Source of the DNA: Chrysomallon squamiferum
Taxonomy: Eukaryota; Animalia; Mollusca
Assembly (NCBI GenBank): GCA_012295275.1
Contig: CM022666.1
Span: forward strand, 6,448,001 to 6,512,000
Direction: 5' to 3'
Length of the DNA stretch: 64,000 bases
The position numbers were made by a program, and so were the translations under genes. Positions 1 through 12,900 of this stretch are shown piece by piece. Position 1 is the stretch's first letter. Every line of letters begins with the position of its first letter. The notes under the pieces are model-generated. The model was given only the letters and a program-made list of their open reading frames with translations, did no database searches and was not told the DNA's origin.

Positions 1-50
1 CTTCAATATAGTTAGTTAACTGGATGTCTGTTAAAATAATCTACATGTCG

Positions 51-53
<3 letters not shown>

Positions 54-99
<46 letters not shown>

Positions 100-260
100 A
101 CAACAACAACAACAACAATAAAAAGAATAAAAGTAAAAGTAAGAGTAAGAATAAGAATAAGAACGAGAGTAAGAGTAAGAGTAAGAGTAAGAATAAGAGT
201 AAGAATAAGAATAAGAATAAGAGTAAGAGTAAGAGAAAGAGTAAAAATAAGAATAATAAT
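54..260. repeat. Compound microsatellite (AAT)n-(AAC)n-(AGAGTA/AGAATA)n
   Basis: Tri- and hexanucleotide runs are directly visible; they explain the low-complexity ORFs at 12-320. Confidence 0.95.
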
Positions 261-664
261 ACAAGCATTTTTTCTTCTTTTATAAAAACAGTAAGGATAT
301 AATTTAATAATAATTTTCACTATGATTCACATTTGAAAATGTTAACTTGAAAGATTTAAAATAAATAATAATAATTAAAAATAAAAATAAATAAATAAAT
401 AAAAATATTTTGTCAATTTATTTCTGTTAATCAATCACAACATTTTGTTTAGTAAATATTTTTTCTCATCTCAATGCCGTTTAGGAACTTAATCAAATTT
501 AAGGGTAAGTAATTTTGACAAATAAAAATGTGATGTTTTCTAATTATATTAATAATTTCATGAAATTTTAGAAAAGAACACGAACGGTGACATCTTAAAT
601 TGTTGAAATATTTATTAACGTTTTAAAGGACATTTTCTGCGGACTGTACTTCACAAAAATAATA

Positions 665-731
665 TTCCATTTCCGGAACCGGCAAAGTAGAAATATAATT
701 TGGTGAAAGATCTTGTTTGTTAGACTCCAAA
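665..731 (+). promoter_or_regulatory. Putative UBAC2 proximal promoter with ETS-like TTCCGGAA
   Basis: Palindromic TTCCGGAA at 671-678 in a small CpG-containing patch ~55 bp upstream of the ATG; function is inferred. Confidence 0.35.
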
Positions 732-2865
732 ATGTCAGCTTTTCCTGTCATTGGAACTTCTGGATTCTGTACGTTTAATATCTTTCTTTGTTTTCATAAT
801 AAAGCGAACTTTGCAAACCACAAATTAACACGATGTGATACATAAAGTTAATAGATATCAATTAACTAAGTCAAAAGTATTTTATTCGATGATTATAAGA
901 TTCTTAAACATTGAGTTACATTCGTAACATTGGTAAGAACTGACAGATAAAGCTCACACTGATAATTAATATCGATCGGCAGTTATAAAAAATGTAAAAA
1001 AAATATATATATATTTGTAACATGTTGATTGTTTAAAAGTTATTTTCAAATTTCTTATAGCTAGTTTTGTGTTTAGTGTTTTACCTTCTTAAAAAGTTAA
1101 ACTATTAAATTTTGACATCAACAAATAATACATAAAATATAAAATATATAAATATATAAACACAAATTTCTGCTTTTATTGAGAAACAATCGACATTTAT
1201 TTTGATTTTTTTGGATAACAAATGCTTGATTTCAAAATTAAAATATATACGTTTTTTGTTGTTGTTTTTGTTCTGTTTGTTTGTTTATATATCACACACA
1301 CTTAAACATAATCATAATTGTGAAATGTATTTTATTTGCAGACAAAGCTCCTATCAGTAAATGTCTTTTGTTTCTGTCTCCAATGGCGTCATTTGCACTG
1401 GGATTTCCATTACAGCATTATCAGCACCTGTTTGTTTACAATCCACAGATGATTTTTGACAAAAGTCAGGTAAAGGCTCAAACAAAATGCTTATGTTTAA
1501 TTTACAACTCTGTAATATTTGTTTAATATACAGAAACAAAAGGATTAGTTATTTTATTCATAGAATGATAGTTAAGTTGTTAACCTGTGTGTATATATAT
1601 TATATACATACACATATATATATATATTAATTTATTTTAATTTCTTTAATTTTTTATTATTATTTAAAAGATCAAAACATAATTTATTCTAATTGTACCA
1701 TTAGTTTTCAGATTCAGCACAGATTTGATCTATTTATAATTATTTTAGTGAAAAATAAAAATATAATGTAATATAATATAATATAATGTAGTATATAATA
1801 ATTTAATATAATATAGTGAAAGAATATTAAATATATTTGATGTTTTTAAGGTATGGAGATTGTTCACTTCCAAACTGGTATTCCTCGATCCCAAAGACCT
1901 AATGGTTTGTTGCATGCTCTTCTATTACTTCAGGATTTTTGAGAGAAGATATGGTTCCAGAAAATTTGCAGTAAGTTAAATACATTTTTATTATCACTTG
2001 TAACGATAATCTAAACATTATATAGTAGAGCTTTTTCTCCATCAGAAATAACTTTTTTGTAGAAGAACATTATATTTATTTTTTTAGATTCACAATAATT
2101 AAAGTATAAAATACATTTTTTGTAAAGATATAAATACAAGACATTTCATGTGGTACAGTTGAACAATAAAAAAACAAAAGTATCTTATTGTCAAATTGAG
2201 TAGTTTATTAATAACAGCAAAGGATCACTTAGAGTAACTTTCTTCTCTAATAATACATCAGACAGAATTCCACAAAGATAGAAATGGAAAAAAGTTTGAT
2301 GGTTATACATTTTTATAATTTTTTTTTTTTAAATATGTTTTTAGTCCCACCTTATAGCATCCAGTTTCTTAGCAACCGTGATGGAAGTTCTAGCCATCTA
2401 CACATGTCAGTGTCTTCAAATAGATGTTGATTTTCTTTCTACTGGACCGTAAGTAGATAATACAAAATACTTCTTGAATAAAAATACAGTTCATAGAACC
2501 ATGTGTGAAGTTTAAAATTAATAAAGTCGAAGATCTTTTGTTTTGTATGCAAAAGAAATCTAAATATCAGATCCTGTGAAAAGTTTTCTTTCTGTTTGTG
2601 TTCTTCTCCAGTTTATAATTTAGTATTAAAATTATTTTTATGTTTTTCTTGTTTTCAGATTTTACTTAGTTTATCCTCTCTTTGTACCATATTATTTTGA
2701 TATTCCCCGTGTTGCCATGACAGCCATTATGGGTGTGCCAGTTACTGGAAAAACATTGACATACATTCTAGGTTTACAGGTCTGAATATATTTATTTATT
2801 TATTTATTTATTTATTTATTGCCTCAGGATAATAAACTGTTTCCTCTTGTGGTAGAAAGGTTCAC

Positions 2866-2900
<35 letters not shown>

Positions 2901-3456
2901 TTTAAATGTTTGTTGCATTATGAAAAAAGTTTTGGCTTTTACATGAAATTATCTCCCTAAATCAGCGTTTACTTTATTACCATTATTTACATTATTTGCT
3001 TGTATTGGTAGAATCTTTATACATATGTATACATATCTGTCTGTGTGTGTGTGTGTATTATATGTATATTGTGTGGTTATATTGTGTGTGTGTGTGTGTG
3101 TGTGTATATTAAATGTTTGGTAGATAATGTTGTTGTTTTTTTGTGTTTTTTTAACAAAACAACTTGTAAACTTGCAACATTTAATTTTTTAAACTTAATT
3201 TATTAATTTTACTCAGATTGCCAGTGGCAGTTTTGAAACCAGGCTTGTAGCTGCCTGTGGAATAGTAAGTTGTTGTCTTTGTTAAATGACTATTTGTAGT
3301 ACAGTAATATTATTTACTGATCATAAATTTATGAAGAATAATCAAAAACACTGACCTAATCATTTGTTTTTCTTTTCATGATTAAACTACTTTGTGATTA
3401 CAATAATATTTAATTATATGAAAGAAAACTGATAAATTATCATTTAAAAAAATGTG

Positions 3457-3552
<96 letters not shown>

Positions 3553-5643
3553 TTATTGTTATGTTCTTTTTTTTTTTTTTAATTTTTTTTATAATTTTTA
3601 ATATCTTTTTTGTTTTTTCTGTTCAGATGGCTGGACTGTTAATGAGAATGAATTTTCTGAAACTGAGAACTTTAGTGTTTATTCCAAAATCCGTTGCCAA
3701 ATTATTCAGTTCAACAATAGGTAAATTATTAGAGTCGAATCCACCTAAAAGTCCTCAGCTTCCAATGGGCGCAACATTAGAATTGCAGAGACAGGAGCAG
3801 TTGGACAGGCTGGAGCAACAAATGATGTGGACGTTTCAAAACAATCAACAAGTCAACACAAACCATATAGACATCGGAAGACCACAACCACTGGTTAGTT
3901 CTGAGAAAGAAAAAACAATTTTACAAATTTTAAGTGTTTGTTTTGTTATACTTTAGAAGACAGTTTTGATTATGTTTTGGAAGATGACAAAGATTTATAG
4001 TTTATTTTTGTTTTTGTTTTTGATAATAATTCTGAGAATGTTATGTTTTATCCGTTTTTACTTTTTGGATGATGATAAAAGTTTATCAGTTTTTACATTT
4101 TGGATGATCATAAGTTTATTGATGATAATTCAAAAGATGTTAAATTTCATCAGCTGTTACGTTTTGGAAGATGATCATTTTGAGAATGTTACGTTAATAA
4201 TCTTTTTTAGTATTTTCAATATTTAAATATATTATTCTGTATCCAGAGAATTAATTGCAGCATAAAACCAGCATCTTTAACTTACAGTAAATAACAATGT
4301 GCGTGAGATACATTCATTTCAGGTCAATGGAAAATAAAATAAAGGCATAGTGGGAAATTTAATTAATTTATTTATCAGCAGACACTAATAAATGTTTGTT
4401 TTTTTTGTTTTTTTTTCAAACTCCATTTTGTATTCTTTCTACAAGATTTTCTTTTTTTGTTCATGTTTCAGAATTTAGCACAAGGACCTGGAATATTTGG
4501 TAATGATGATTTTCCACAAGCTTTAAGACATCGATTAAACCCAGGTAACAGTTTTTATTCCAAGTCTTGTTTACATTACAAAATACTACAGAATTAAAAT
4601 AATCTCAGTTTCTTTATTGAATTCTGGCAGGATTCTGTTTAATCAAGATAGACTGATCTCTTTATATGGTTGTCTGTATGTGTAAAATACAGAGTAAATC
4701 TGTTTGTTCAAATACTTTAAATACTTATCTGTGTAGAATGTTTAAGACAAAATTCTCTTTGTATTTGAAGGAATTTTTATATTTTGCAATGTCAGTAGTA
4801 GGTACACAACTTGTTACATTTAATAATTTCAAACATCAGATTGTTGTAACTCAAGTTTAAATAATATTTAGGTGCAGCAGAGGGAGATGAGAACCATCAG
4901 ACAACTGGTCCTGTTTCTGAAGAACAGGTATGTACGTGCACCTGTGTAAGGGTTGGGGGTGTTAGTGTTAGGGTTTGGCTGACTCTGTTCTTTTTCTGAT
5001 CTTTTCTCTGTCATGTTGTTATTATCTTGTTCAGAGGGACTGTAATAATAAAATATGAAAATACTATAATAATTTTTTTATATATAAAGTGGATTTTGGT
5101 AATAAAGTTTGAAAATAACATAACAGTTTTGTTCTTATCTTGCTCTGATAAATTTCTGGATAAATTAGTAAATTGTTTTCCTTTTTGGAAGGAATGTTAA
5201 CCGTTTTTTTTAAATTTTATGATTTTATAGTATTTTGCTGTTTTTTCTCTATTTTTTCTGTAGAACGAATAATATCAGAAATATTTTAATCTAACAGCAA
5301 AGTCAGAATGATACAGATTCATTAGAAAGTTTTTACTTTTAGGATCAAAGTTATCTGAAGAAACTTTTATCAACTGTAAAATAATAGCAATCACTTTTAA
5401 ACATAACACTTGTAATCAAAACTTGACATATTTTAACTTGTATCTGACTATTAGAACCATCAAACATTTGTCAGATGAAGTGACCAGATATAAGTAAGAG
5501 ATGCATTTGAAATCATTGTGTTGTCTTTCAAGGTACAAAGGCTTGTTGAAATGGGCTTCAATCAGGAGAGAGTGAGACAAGCATTGCAGGTTTCAAACAA
5601 TGACATTTCCATGGCAACAACAGTGCTTCTTCATGAAACATGA
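732..5643 (+). CDS. UBAC2: UBA domain-containing protein 2 (rhomboid-like pseudoprotease with C-terminal UBA), ~354 aa, 10 exons
   Basis: Exons 732-768, 1342-1469, 1851-1970, 2345-2448, 2659-2779, 3217-3264, 3627-3893, 4472-4544, 4872-4927, 5533-5643; all GT-AG with consistent phase. Motifs GFYKAPISK, FRIFERRYGSRKFA, TGKTLTYILGLQ, MGATLELQRQEQ and UBA VSEEQVQRLVEMGF...SNND match UBAC2. Confidence 0.93.
3458..3548. repeat. (CT)n microsatellite
   Basis: About 90 bp pure CT run in UBAC2 intron 6. Confidence 0.97.
3945..4195. repeat. Degenerate minisatellite in UBAC2 intron 7
   Basis: Recurrent TTTTGGA(A/T)GATGA...AAGTTTAT units. Confidence 0.6.
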
Positions 5644-7021
5644 CAGGCTGCTCTGTTCTGCATGTCACCTGTGTCATTGTGAAAGAACTGAAAACAATTC
5701 TGCAGACACAACAGCAAAAACAAAAATGTCTGGCAGCTTCACATAAGCAAAATTTCATCACTGTTTAAAATTCAGGTTACAACATTTGATACTAAGATTC
5801 ACGAGTGCATTAAAACTATGAGATGGAACATTTTGAAGACGATCATTTTTAAAAAAATATGTTTTAAAAATGTGTTATCATTATTTTTTTTTAAAGTGAA
5901 GATAAATGGCAGCATTGATATGTCTTAATATACAAGCATTTGATGTTCACTTTTTTTTTAACATAAATCTACCTACTGTTATGAAATTGCTGAAAAAAAA
6001 AGAAAAAAAGAAAAGAAAGTTAGATTTAATAAGGTCAGCAAAGATTTGAAATGTATTGAGCTGCAGAATTAGTTGAACATTTCCAAAGTGAAACAGTTCT
6101 TAGAAGATCATAAGATGAATAATTTGATAGAAGGATTGTTTATGAAGAATATAAAAGATCAATTAATTCACCAACCAGGGTATATATATATATTTTTCTG
6201 ATTTTGTTTTTCTTTGAAAGGATTATTTTACAACAAAATGTAAGAACTTTTGCAGTTTCATACAGTTAGTGCATAAACATATATGCATCTTTTCTGCATT
6301 GTATCTTTTTATGTTAATGATTAAAGTGAAAACGAAATGAATAGTTAACTTACATCAAAGTGTGATAATAGGGTGGAATTACTGGGTGTACTGTAGATGT
6401 TAAATGTATTTGTGTTTTTAATACATTACTGGTTTTTTACCTTCCATTTTAATATCAGAACAAGGACATCCAGTTCACTCTCAAGTACTGTTCATATTTC
6501 TCTTATTTTTTTTTTTTTCAGTAAAGTAACTGCCTCAGTATATATCTGCTGCAAAATTCATTTAAATCAAATTGAATTTAAGAGCTATCACACTTTTATT
6601 TATAATTAAAATTTAATTATATTCAGTAAATTCATTAGACCACGTTCCAAAATAATTCAATTGTATGCAACATCTACATTAATTTATAGATTTGTTTTGT
6701 ATGGTGAAAACACTGCTGTCGACACAATAATCTGCTCTGTAATTTGACTAACAATGAAGTGTTAACTTTACTGGTTTATTTCACCCTATAAGTAATGTGC
6801 TTCATTCACACCACTTTTCAGTAATTCATAAAAATCCATGCTTCACAAACATCCTTCACTGAATTAATAGTAAAATCATAATTTTACATTTTTAAAGAAT
6901 TTTATATCTAACTCAATCATTTAGTGAAATCTTGTTGGCCATAAAACTGACCCATAATGCTTGCAGGATTAGCTTCAGAATTATGTCTAAAAAGACAAAT
7001 AAATTATAAATACTTTTTGTT

Positions 7022-7185
7022 TACAATAACAGTGATATTATAAATCTATTTTAAGAACAATATTGTATATCTACGTGTTATCAATAATAATATTGTAAAT
7101 CAACATGCTAACAATAATAATACCGTAAATCTACAGTATCAACAACAATAATAATTAATGTAAATCAAAAGTGTTAACAACAGTA
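7022..7185. repeat. Degenerate ~30-bp minisatellite
   Basis: AACAATAATATTGTAAATCTAC-like unit repeated about 5 times downstream of UBAC2. Confidence 0.6.
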
Positions 7186-8589
7186 TCTTTCTTACACTAT
7201 GTTAGTTTTATCTAAGACATTTCTCTTTGCAGCATTGTGATGCAAAAAAAAAAAAAGAAGAAAACTTGTAAGATTAACAGAAATTAGGAATTCCCTTGTT
7301 ACTTGATTAGTCAAACTTACTACCAGCATTACCTTGGTATAATTCATGGAATTAAATCATGGTGAAATCTTAAATGAATTTAAATAATTGTAATAAAGGA
7401 ATTGTGAAAAATACTCTATAATGAGGAGTTTATTTCATTAGTTGTAGGGTTGTTTATTGTCTGTCTTTCAATTGAAAAATTTTATTGAAAAATTACATAT
7501 CCAAAAATTGCGGAGTTTTGTAATACATAATGCAATAAAAAAAAATAATAAAAAAATAAATAAAAAATTAAAAAAATTATGTTGTAGCAATTAAGGATTG
7601 AATCCATAAGTCAGTCAATATGCATTTTTGAAATAATATAAATGTCAGTTTACATTAACATCATACAGATTTTTCAGTTTTGCTGTTTGTATTTATAAAA
7701 AAATACGGTTAAACTTTGTTTTATTAATTTTTCAAAATATATATTCAAAATTGGCTCAAAAGAAGAAAACTTTACACTAAATTAATTTTAATTCAGAATT
7801 TCACATCTTGGAAATACTAAGAAAAATTTGAGAAAATTGTTTATGTTTAAATTATGATCAATTGTTTAAGATTTTTCATTTTTATATGTGTTAAAATCAT
7901 GTAACAAGATATATTCATGTTTGCAGTTATATATATTGGTTTAGGTTATGGATTATTGTCACGAAAAATCTCTTTGTTTAATTTAATATTATCTAAATTA
8001 AAATTTAAACTATTTGAGGTTTTATTATTTTATAGTTTTCAGCTTTCAGTTTTGCTATTTATTTATTTATTTATTTGTTTATAAATTGTCTAAATATGGG
8101 CAGAAGCAAAACTTTTTGGGGGGTTGTTTTGTTTTCATTTAATTACCCCCTACCTTGCTCATAAAAAAGAATTACTTGCAAAATGCTCAGTAAAATAATA
8201 CATTTTTGTTTTAATTGTTATTACTCGATACAATTTTTTTTTTAATATAATTTGATTAAAGCTAGAAAATATTATTTATTAAATCTATGTTAATTGTGAT
8301 GAATCTGATACATTTCTGTCCAGATTTTGTAAATGTTAAATATTTCATTGCCATTTATATTTTATAAATAATAATTTTAAACAGCATTGTTTTAAGATTC
8401 AGTGGACACAATTAATACATAATTTTATTTATTTTTTATTGATTGTAAATAATAAAATAAACATCATGAATTTGGTATTTACATGAATCCAAATAAACAG
8501 TTTTACACTAAATGTGCTCTGTGATCATTAGAAATAAATTATATTTTATTATTAAAAGGATTTATGATTATGATTATTTTTATTATTAT

Positions 8590-8621
<32 letters not shown>

Positions 8622-9789
8622 AAAGTTATTATTATTAAATTATTATTTGTTTTCTTATTATTTATTGATTATTTATTATTTAACTTTTAATTATACATTT
8701 TCTAGTACAGTGTTTTTTAAACTATTTCAGTGGCATTCACGTTTGAATTTTTATTGCATAATTTCATTTCCTTGTGAAATTTCATTATATTTTGGATAAT
8801 TTTTTAATTCCCTTCCTGTACATATTTATATGATTCATTTTGATGCATGTGCAGAAAATATAAATTAAACCATTTAATAGTTGTTCAATGTATTCATATC
8901 TTTGAACATCCTTGAGAGAAAAATGTAAAGAAAGCTGATGATGTCATAAAAGTAAAATAAAATAAAATAAAATAAAATAAAATAAAATAAAATAAAATAA
9001 ATAAAATAAAAATTATTGGAATTGTTGTAGTTCATGTAAAATAATTATTAAATCTTAGAAACATTATATTAAGTGTTTAGGTTATTAGAAAAAATAAAAA
9101 TAAAAATAAAATAAATATTTATTAGAATTATTTTAGGAAAAATAATTGCTCTTGTGAGTAATTGTAAAAAAAAAAAAATAAAGAAACAAAAATAATTATT
9201 TATATTTTATTATTTTATGTTTAAAAGTGAAGTCATTACTGCCCTTTAATAATCAATTAAAGGAAAACCAAACCATCTAATTTAAAAGATTTCATTTATG
9301 GTCGAAGAAGAAGAATAATAGTTAATACAACTTTTTTGCTGTTGTTGGTTTGTTCTTGTTTTCATATTTTTAAGTATTTATGTCTTATGTTTCAAATTTG
9401 AAAACAGGTTTAAAAGTAAATAAATAAAAAAATAAAAATAAAACTGTTTTCTAAATTTTATATTTTTGTGTTAACAAAATAAAGTTCTGTTTTCTAATAT
9501 TGTCTACAGAATTTAGTGGTATAAATAATTAACCTAAACGAGTTGTACGTACTTCCTGATTATAGTTTTTGATTACAGGGGGTGGGGATCTTTTTTGATA
9601 GCAGGATGTATCACAGCCATACACATGCCAAAAGCATTTATGTATGAAATGTCACAAACAATAATTTTAATTATAAGCGTTTCTTGTTTAATTAGTGATA
9701 TAAGAACTGGAGGGGAAAAAAAAAAAAAAAAAAAAAAAATCCTTTAAGAGACATCTGGGGATCAATTTATACTTCTGGGTCATAGGTGT

Positions 9790-9944
9790 AAAACAGGTTT
9801 CGGCCCATTACGGAAACAGCCGAAGGTCTGGTGACGTGTAGCAGCCATCTTTGCCAACGCGAACTAAGTTGTGTTTGGTAGATAAGGACACGCCACTACG
9901 TTTTATTTTTTCCCCTGCATTTTGACTTAGACAGTTTGCTTGCA
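9790..9944 (+). promoter_or_regulatory. TM9SF2 proximal promoter / 5'UTR
   Basis: CpG-richer patch with TGACGT (9832-9837, CRE-like) and GCCATCTT (9844-9851, YY1-like) upstream of the ATG at 9945. Confidence 0.45.
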
Positions 9945-12900
9945 ATGTGGACTAATAAGAGTTTGTGTTGTCTCCTTTTTCTGTCTTGCTTGATTGTAGG
10001 AGAATGTTTCTATTTGCCCGGGATCGCACCTGTCGTTTACTGTAAAGAACTGCAAGGGAACGACGGATGCAAGGTTGGTATACTTAGTACTACCGCATAG
10101 CAAACGTTTGAACTAAATTTCCATTGGGACGAAGATTAGGGTTATCAGTTTCCTTAACTTCAGTGTCATAAATCTGATTCGTTAGTTAGTAATTTATTAA
10201 AAGCATCGTGAAATATATATCATCATAATCATGTTTCATTTCGGGGGTGATTTGCCATTAATTTGGATAAAACTTTGTTTTAAATTTACATTTTACTTTT
10301 CACACCTCCCACTCGTATTATTTGTCCTAAAAGTGAAAATAATGCATTTTAAAATGTATTATTGAAAATGTTATTCCTGTACGTAGGCCTTTTATCACAC
10401 ATTGCATACGTTATGTTTTTGATATTTTGCTCATATTTGGAAAATCAGCAGTATCATTATGCCCACCATTGTTATGCAGATTTAAGGGAAGCCCGACATG
10501 GCAACAGACTGTTGAAAAAAAAAAAAAACTTAAGTGACAGTGCCTATATTATATAGTATATATATTTGGAATGTGGTGGGCCAACGTTTTTGAAACCCTG
10601 GAGCTTGAACTGTTTTAGGGTCTCCTAGCAGTCGGCAGTTGATTCATAACAAATTAAAATATATATATAATACTAAAATAAAACTATGACAATCTAGATT
10701 TTTAAAATTAAAAATGTTGCAGTATTGAATAATCTCTCTCCTGTCTAGTGAATACAAATTTCCTATAGCCTAGTTTGTGGAGAAATATTACATAATATAA
10801 AACATAGAAAAAACCACAGCCATTACTTAGGTATGTGGATACATTTTTCAAACCCCACTAATCTGAAAATAAATAAGACAGTTGGGTAGAGTTTGTAAAC
10901 CACTTTAAAATGATACCAAGATCAAGTGAATATGTAAAAAATGAAGGAAGTAGCAGCAATTTTAAACCCCCTGAAAAGCAATTTTTTTCTTCCGATTAAA
11001 CGCTATATAAGTCATTAGAGGTTTGTGACCAAAAATAGTAATATTTTAACATTTTCCCCTCTATCTTTGTTAATAAGCAAGCTTTCTTGATGAAATTTTC
11101 AGTGAAGACCAATGCCAATCTCTGCTATCGATTATATTTGTAAAAATTAAAAAGAAGTTATTAATTAAGGTACCAGCAACCTAACAAACAATAATTTATG
11201 TGGACAAAAAATTCTACCAACTTCAACACTACCAACTTCAACATAAATAACATTGCTGAAAAGAACTCTAAAAACCCTATAAAAGACAACAAACATCATG
11301 TGATTCTGTTGAGTATTAAGGAAGTTACAGCATTTTAACGTTTTCAATTAACACTAATTAATTGTCCTATTATTAATGCATTTCCGCCATTTGCATTACA
11401 ATGACCAAAATCCTATTGTTTTTCACTAAAATGCATGTAACTTTCTTAATAATGAAATTTTATTAGTGAAATTTGGACTGAAGATAGATGGTAACTAGTC
11501 CTCTCAAATCAAGCTATTAAAAATCTATTAAAAATCGAGGGTAGAAATCACTTCAGTGAATCGAATTTTCATCCGCCATGTTTGATTTTGAAGCCATTTT
11601 CGATGTTTGCAGTTTTTTTCAGCTGTGTCAGATTTCAATATAAATTCACATATAATAAAATTAAATATTGTTCTTCGCCTCCATCTATCTTAGATTATCC
11701 TCCGATATCGAAAACGACCGATTTTAACGTGTTGAATACGAAACAAATTTTCGAACTCTCCTCCGAAACGAACCAATTGACCGAATTGAAAAATTCGAAA
11801 ACGAGTGAGTATACGGGAATTTCCCGCTAATTATACCATCAGGGATAACCGAAACTCCCAACCCCTGAGTAACGAGAAGCGATTTACGCAGAGACACCAC
11901 TCGCCATCGGGGGAAATCCCGATCACACGGATTTGGCAGAAAATGGCGGACGCAGTTCCGGCAGAAATACACATACCTACATTACTTATTATTTTAGACA
12001 CACTGAGAAAACCATCTGTATTGATACATTTTACATATAAACTTTTTTCCTGTTTTCTATACTATTGTCATATGAGAGCATCCTTACACTGTCATTATGA
12101 TTTTTGAGTAAGTATCTATAAAGAATTACAGCAATCTTCAGCCATCTTGTTTATAAAGGAATTGTTATGATTCACAACTCATGACTGGCTTTTTCATATA
12201 GCGTTTAAAAGCAATAATAATATCAGAAAATAGTTCAGTGTTGCTCATAATGGCTGCTGTGACTGTGATGAAGATACATGTTAGATACTCTAAATTTTAT
12301 TTATTTTTTCACTACTGGTATCTCTTGTTAATGTATAGTTATATTAAATTGTAAGCTAGCACCGAGGGGACAGTAAAGAAGCTGACATTAATGATAAAGC
12401 TTAGATATTAAGATAGTTAAACATTTCTCGAAATAACTGAAACTTAAACCCATCATTTCTACTTACAGTAGAGAAGGCTAATGTTAAAAATAATCTTAGT
12501 CTTTTCTTATATGTTGCATAACTTTAAATTGTTCATTTTTATTGAGAAAATTAATATTTTGCATTTTTATATCTAATAATAATAGTAGTGTAACAACCTG
12601 TTTTGATTTAATCTAAAGATTCTGAAGTTACAGCATCCAAATACAGACATAAAGAAAGTTCTTTTCATAAATATATCAGCTTGTTGTATCAAAAAACAGT
12701 TAAGCCAGACAATTTTCAGTTATATGACATATGAAGTAATAAATAGCCATCTACATAAAATTATTAGGATAAAGATGCAAATCAAAATCAATAAAATTTA
12801 TTATTTAATGATTATTTTCTTATTAGTGCACTGCCCTGTACATCTGACTCTTTGTTACATTAGATCCAATATCCATTGCTGAAATAATTTATCAGACATA

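Noticed and set aside
12-320. Three overlapping low-complexity ORFs
   Set aside because: Translations of the AAT/AAC/AGAGTA microsatellite.
2828-2859. Possible cryptic exon in UBAC2 intron 5
   Set aside because: Acceptor is plausible but both candidate donors (GTAGAA, GTTCAC) are weak and the frame does not need it.
732-5643. Nested GPCR genes as in vertebrate UBAC2
   Set aside because: All introns are under ~610 bp with no long antisense ORF.
11582-12107. ORFs in the GC-richer part of TM9SF2 intron 1
   Set aside because: No recognisable domain; they lie inside the non-autonomous transposon.
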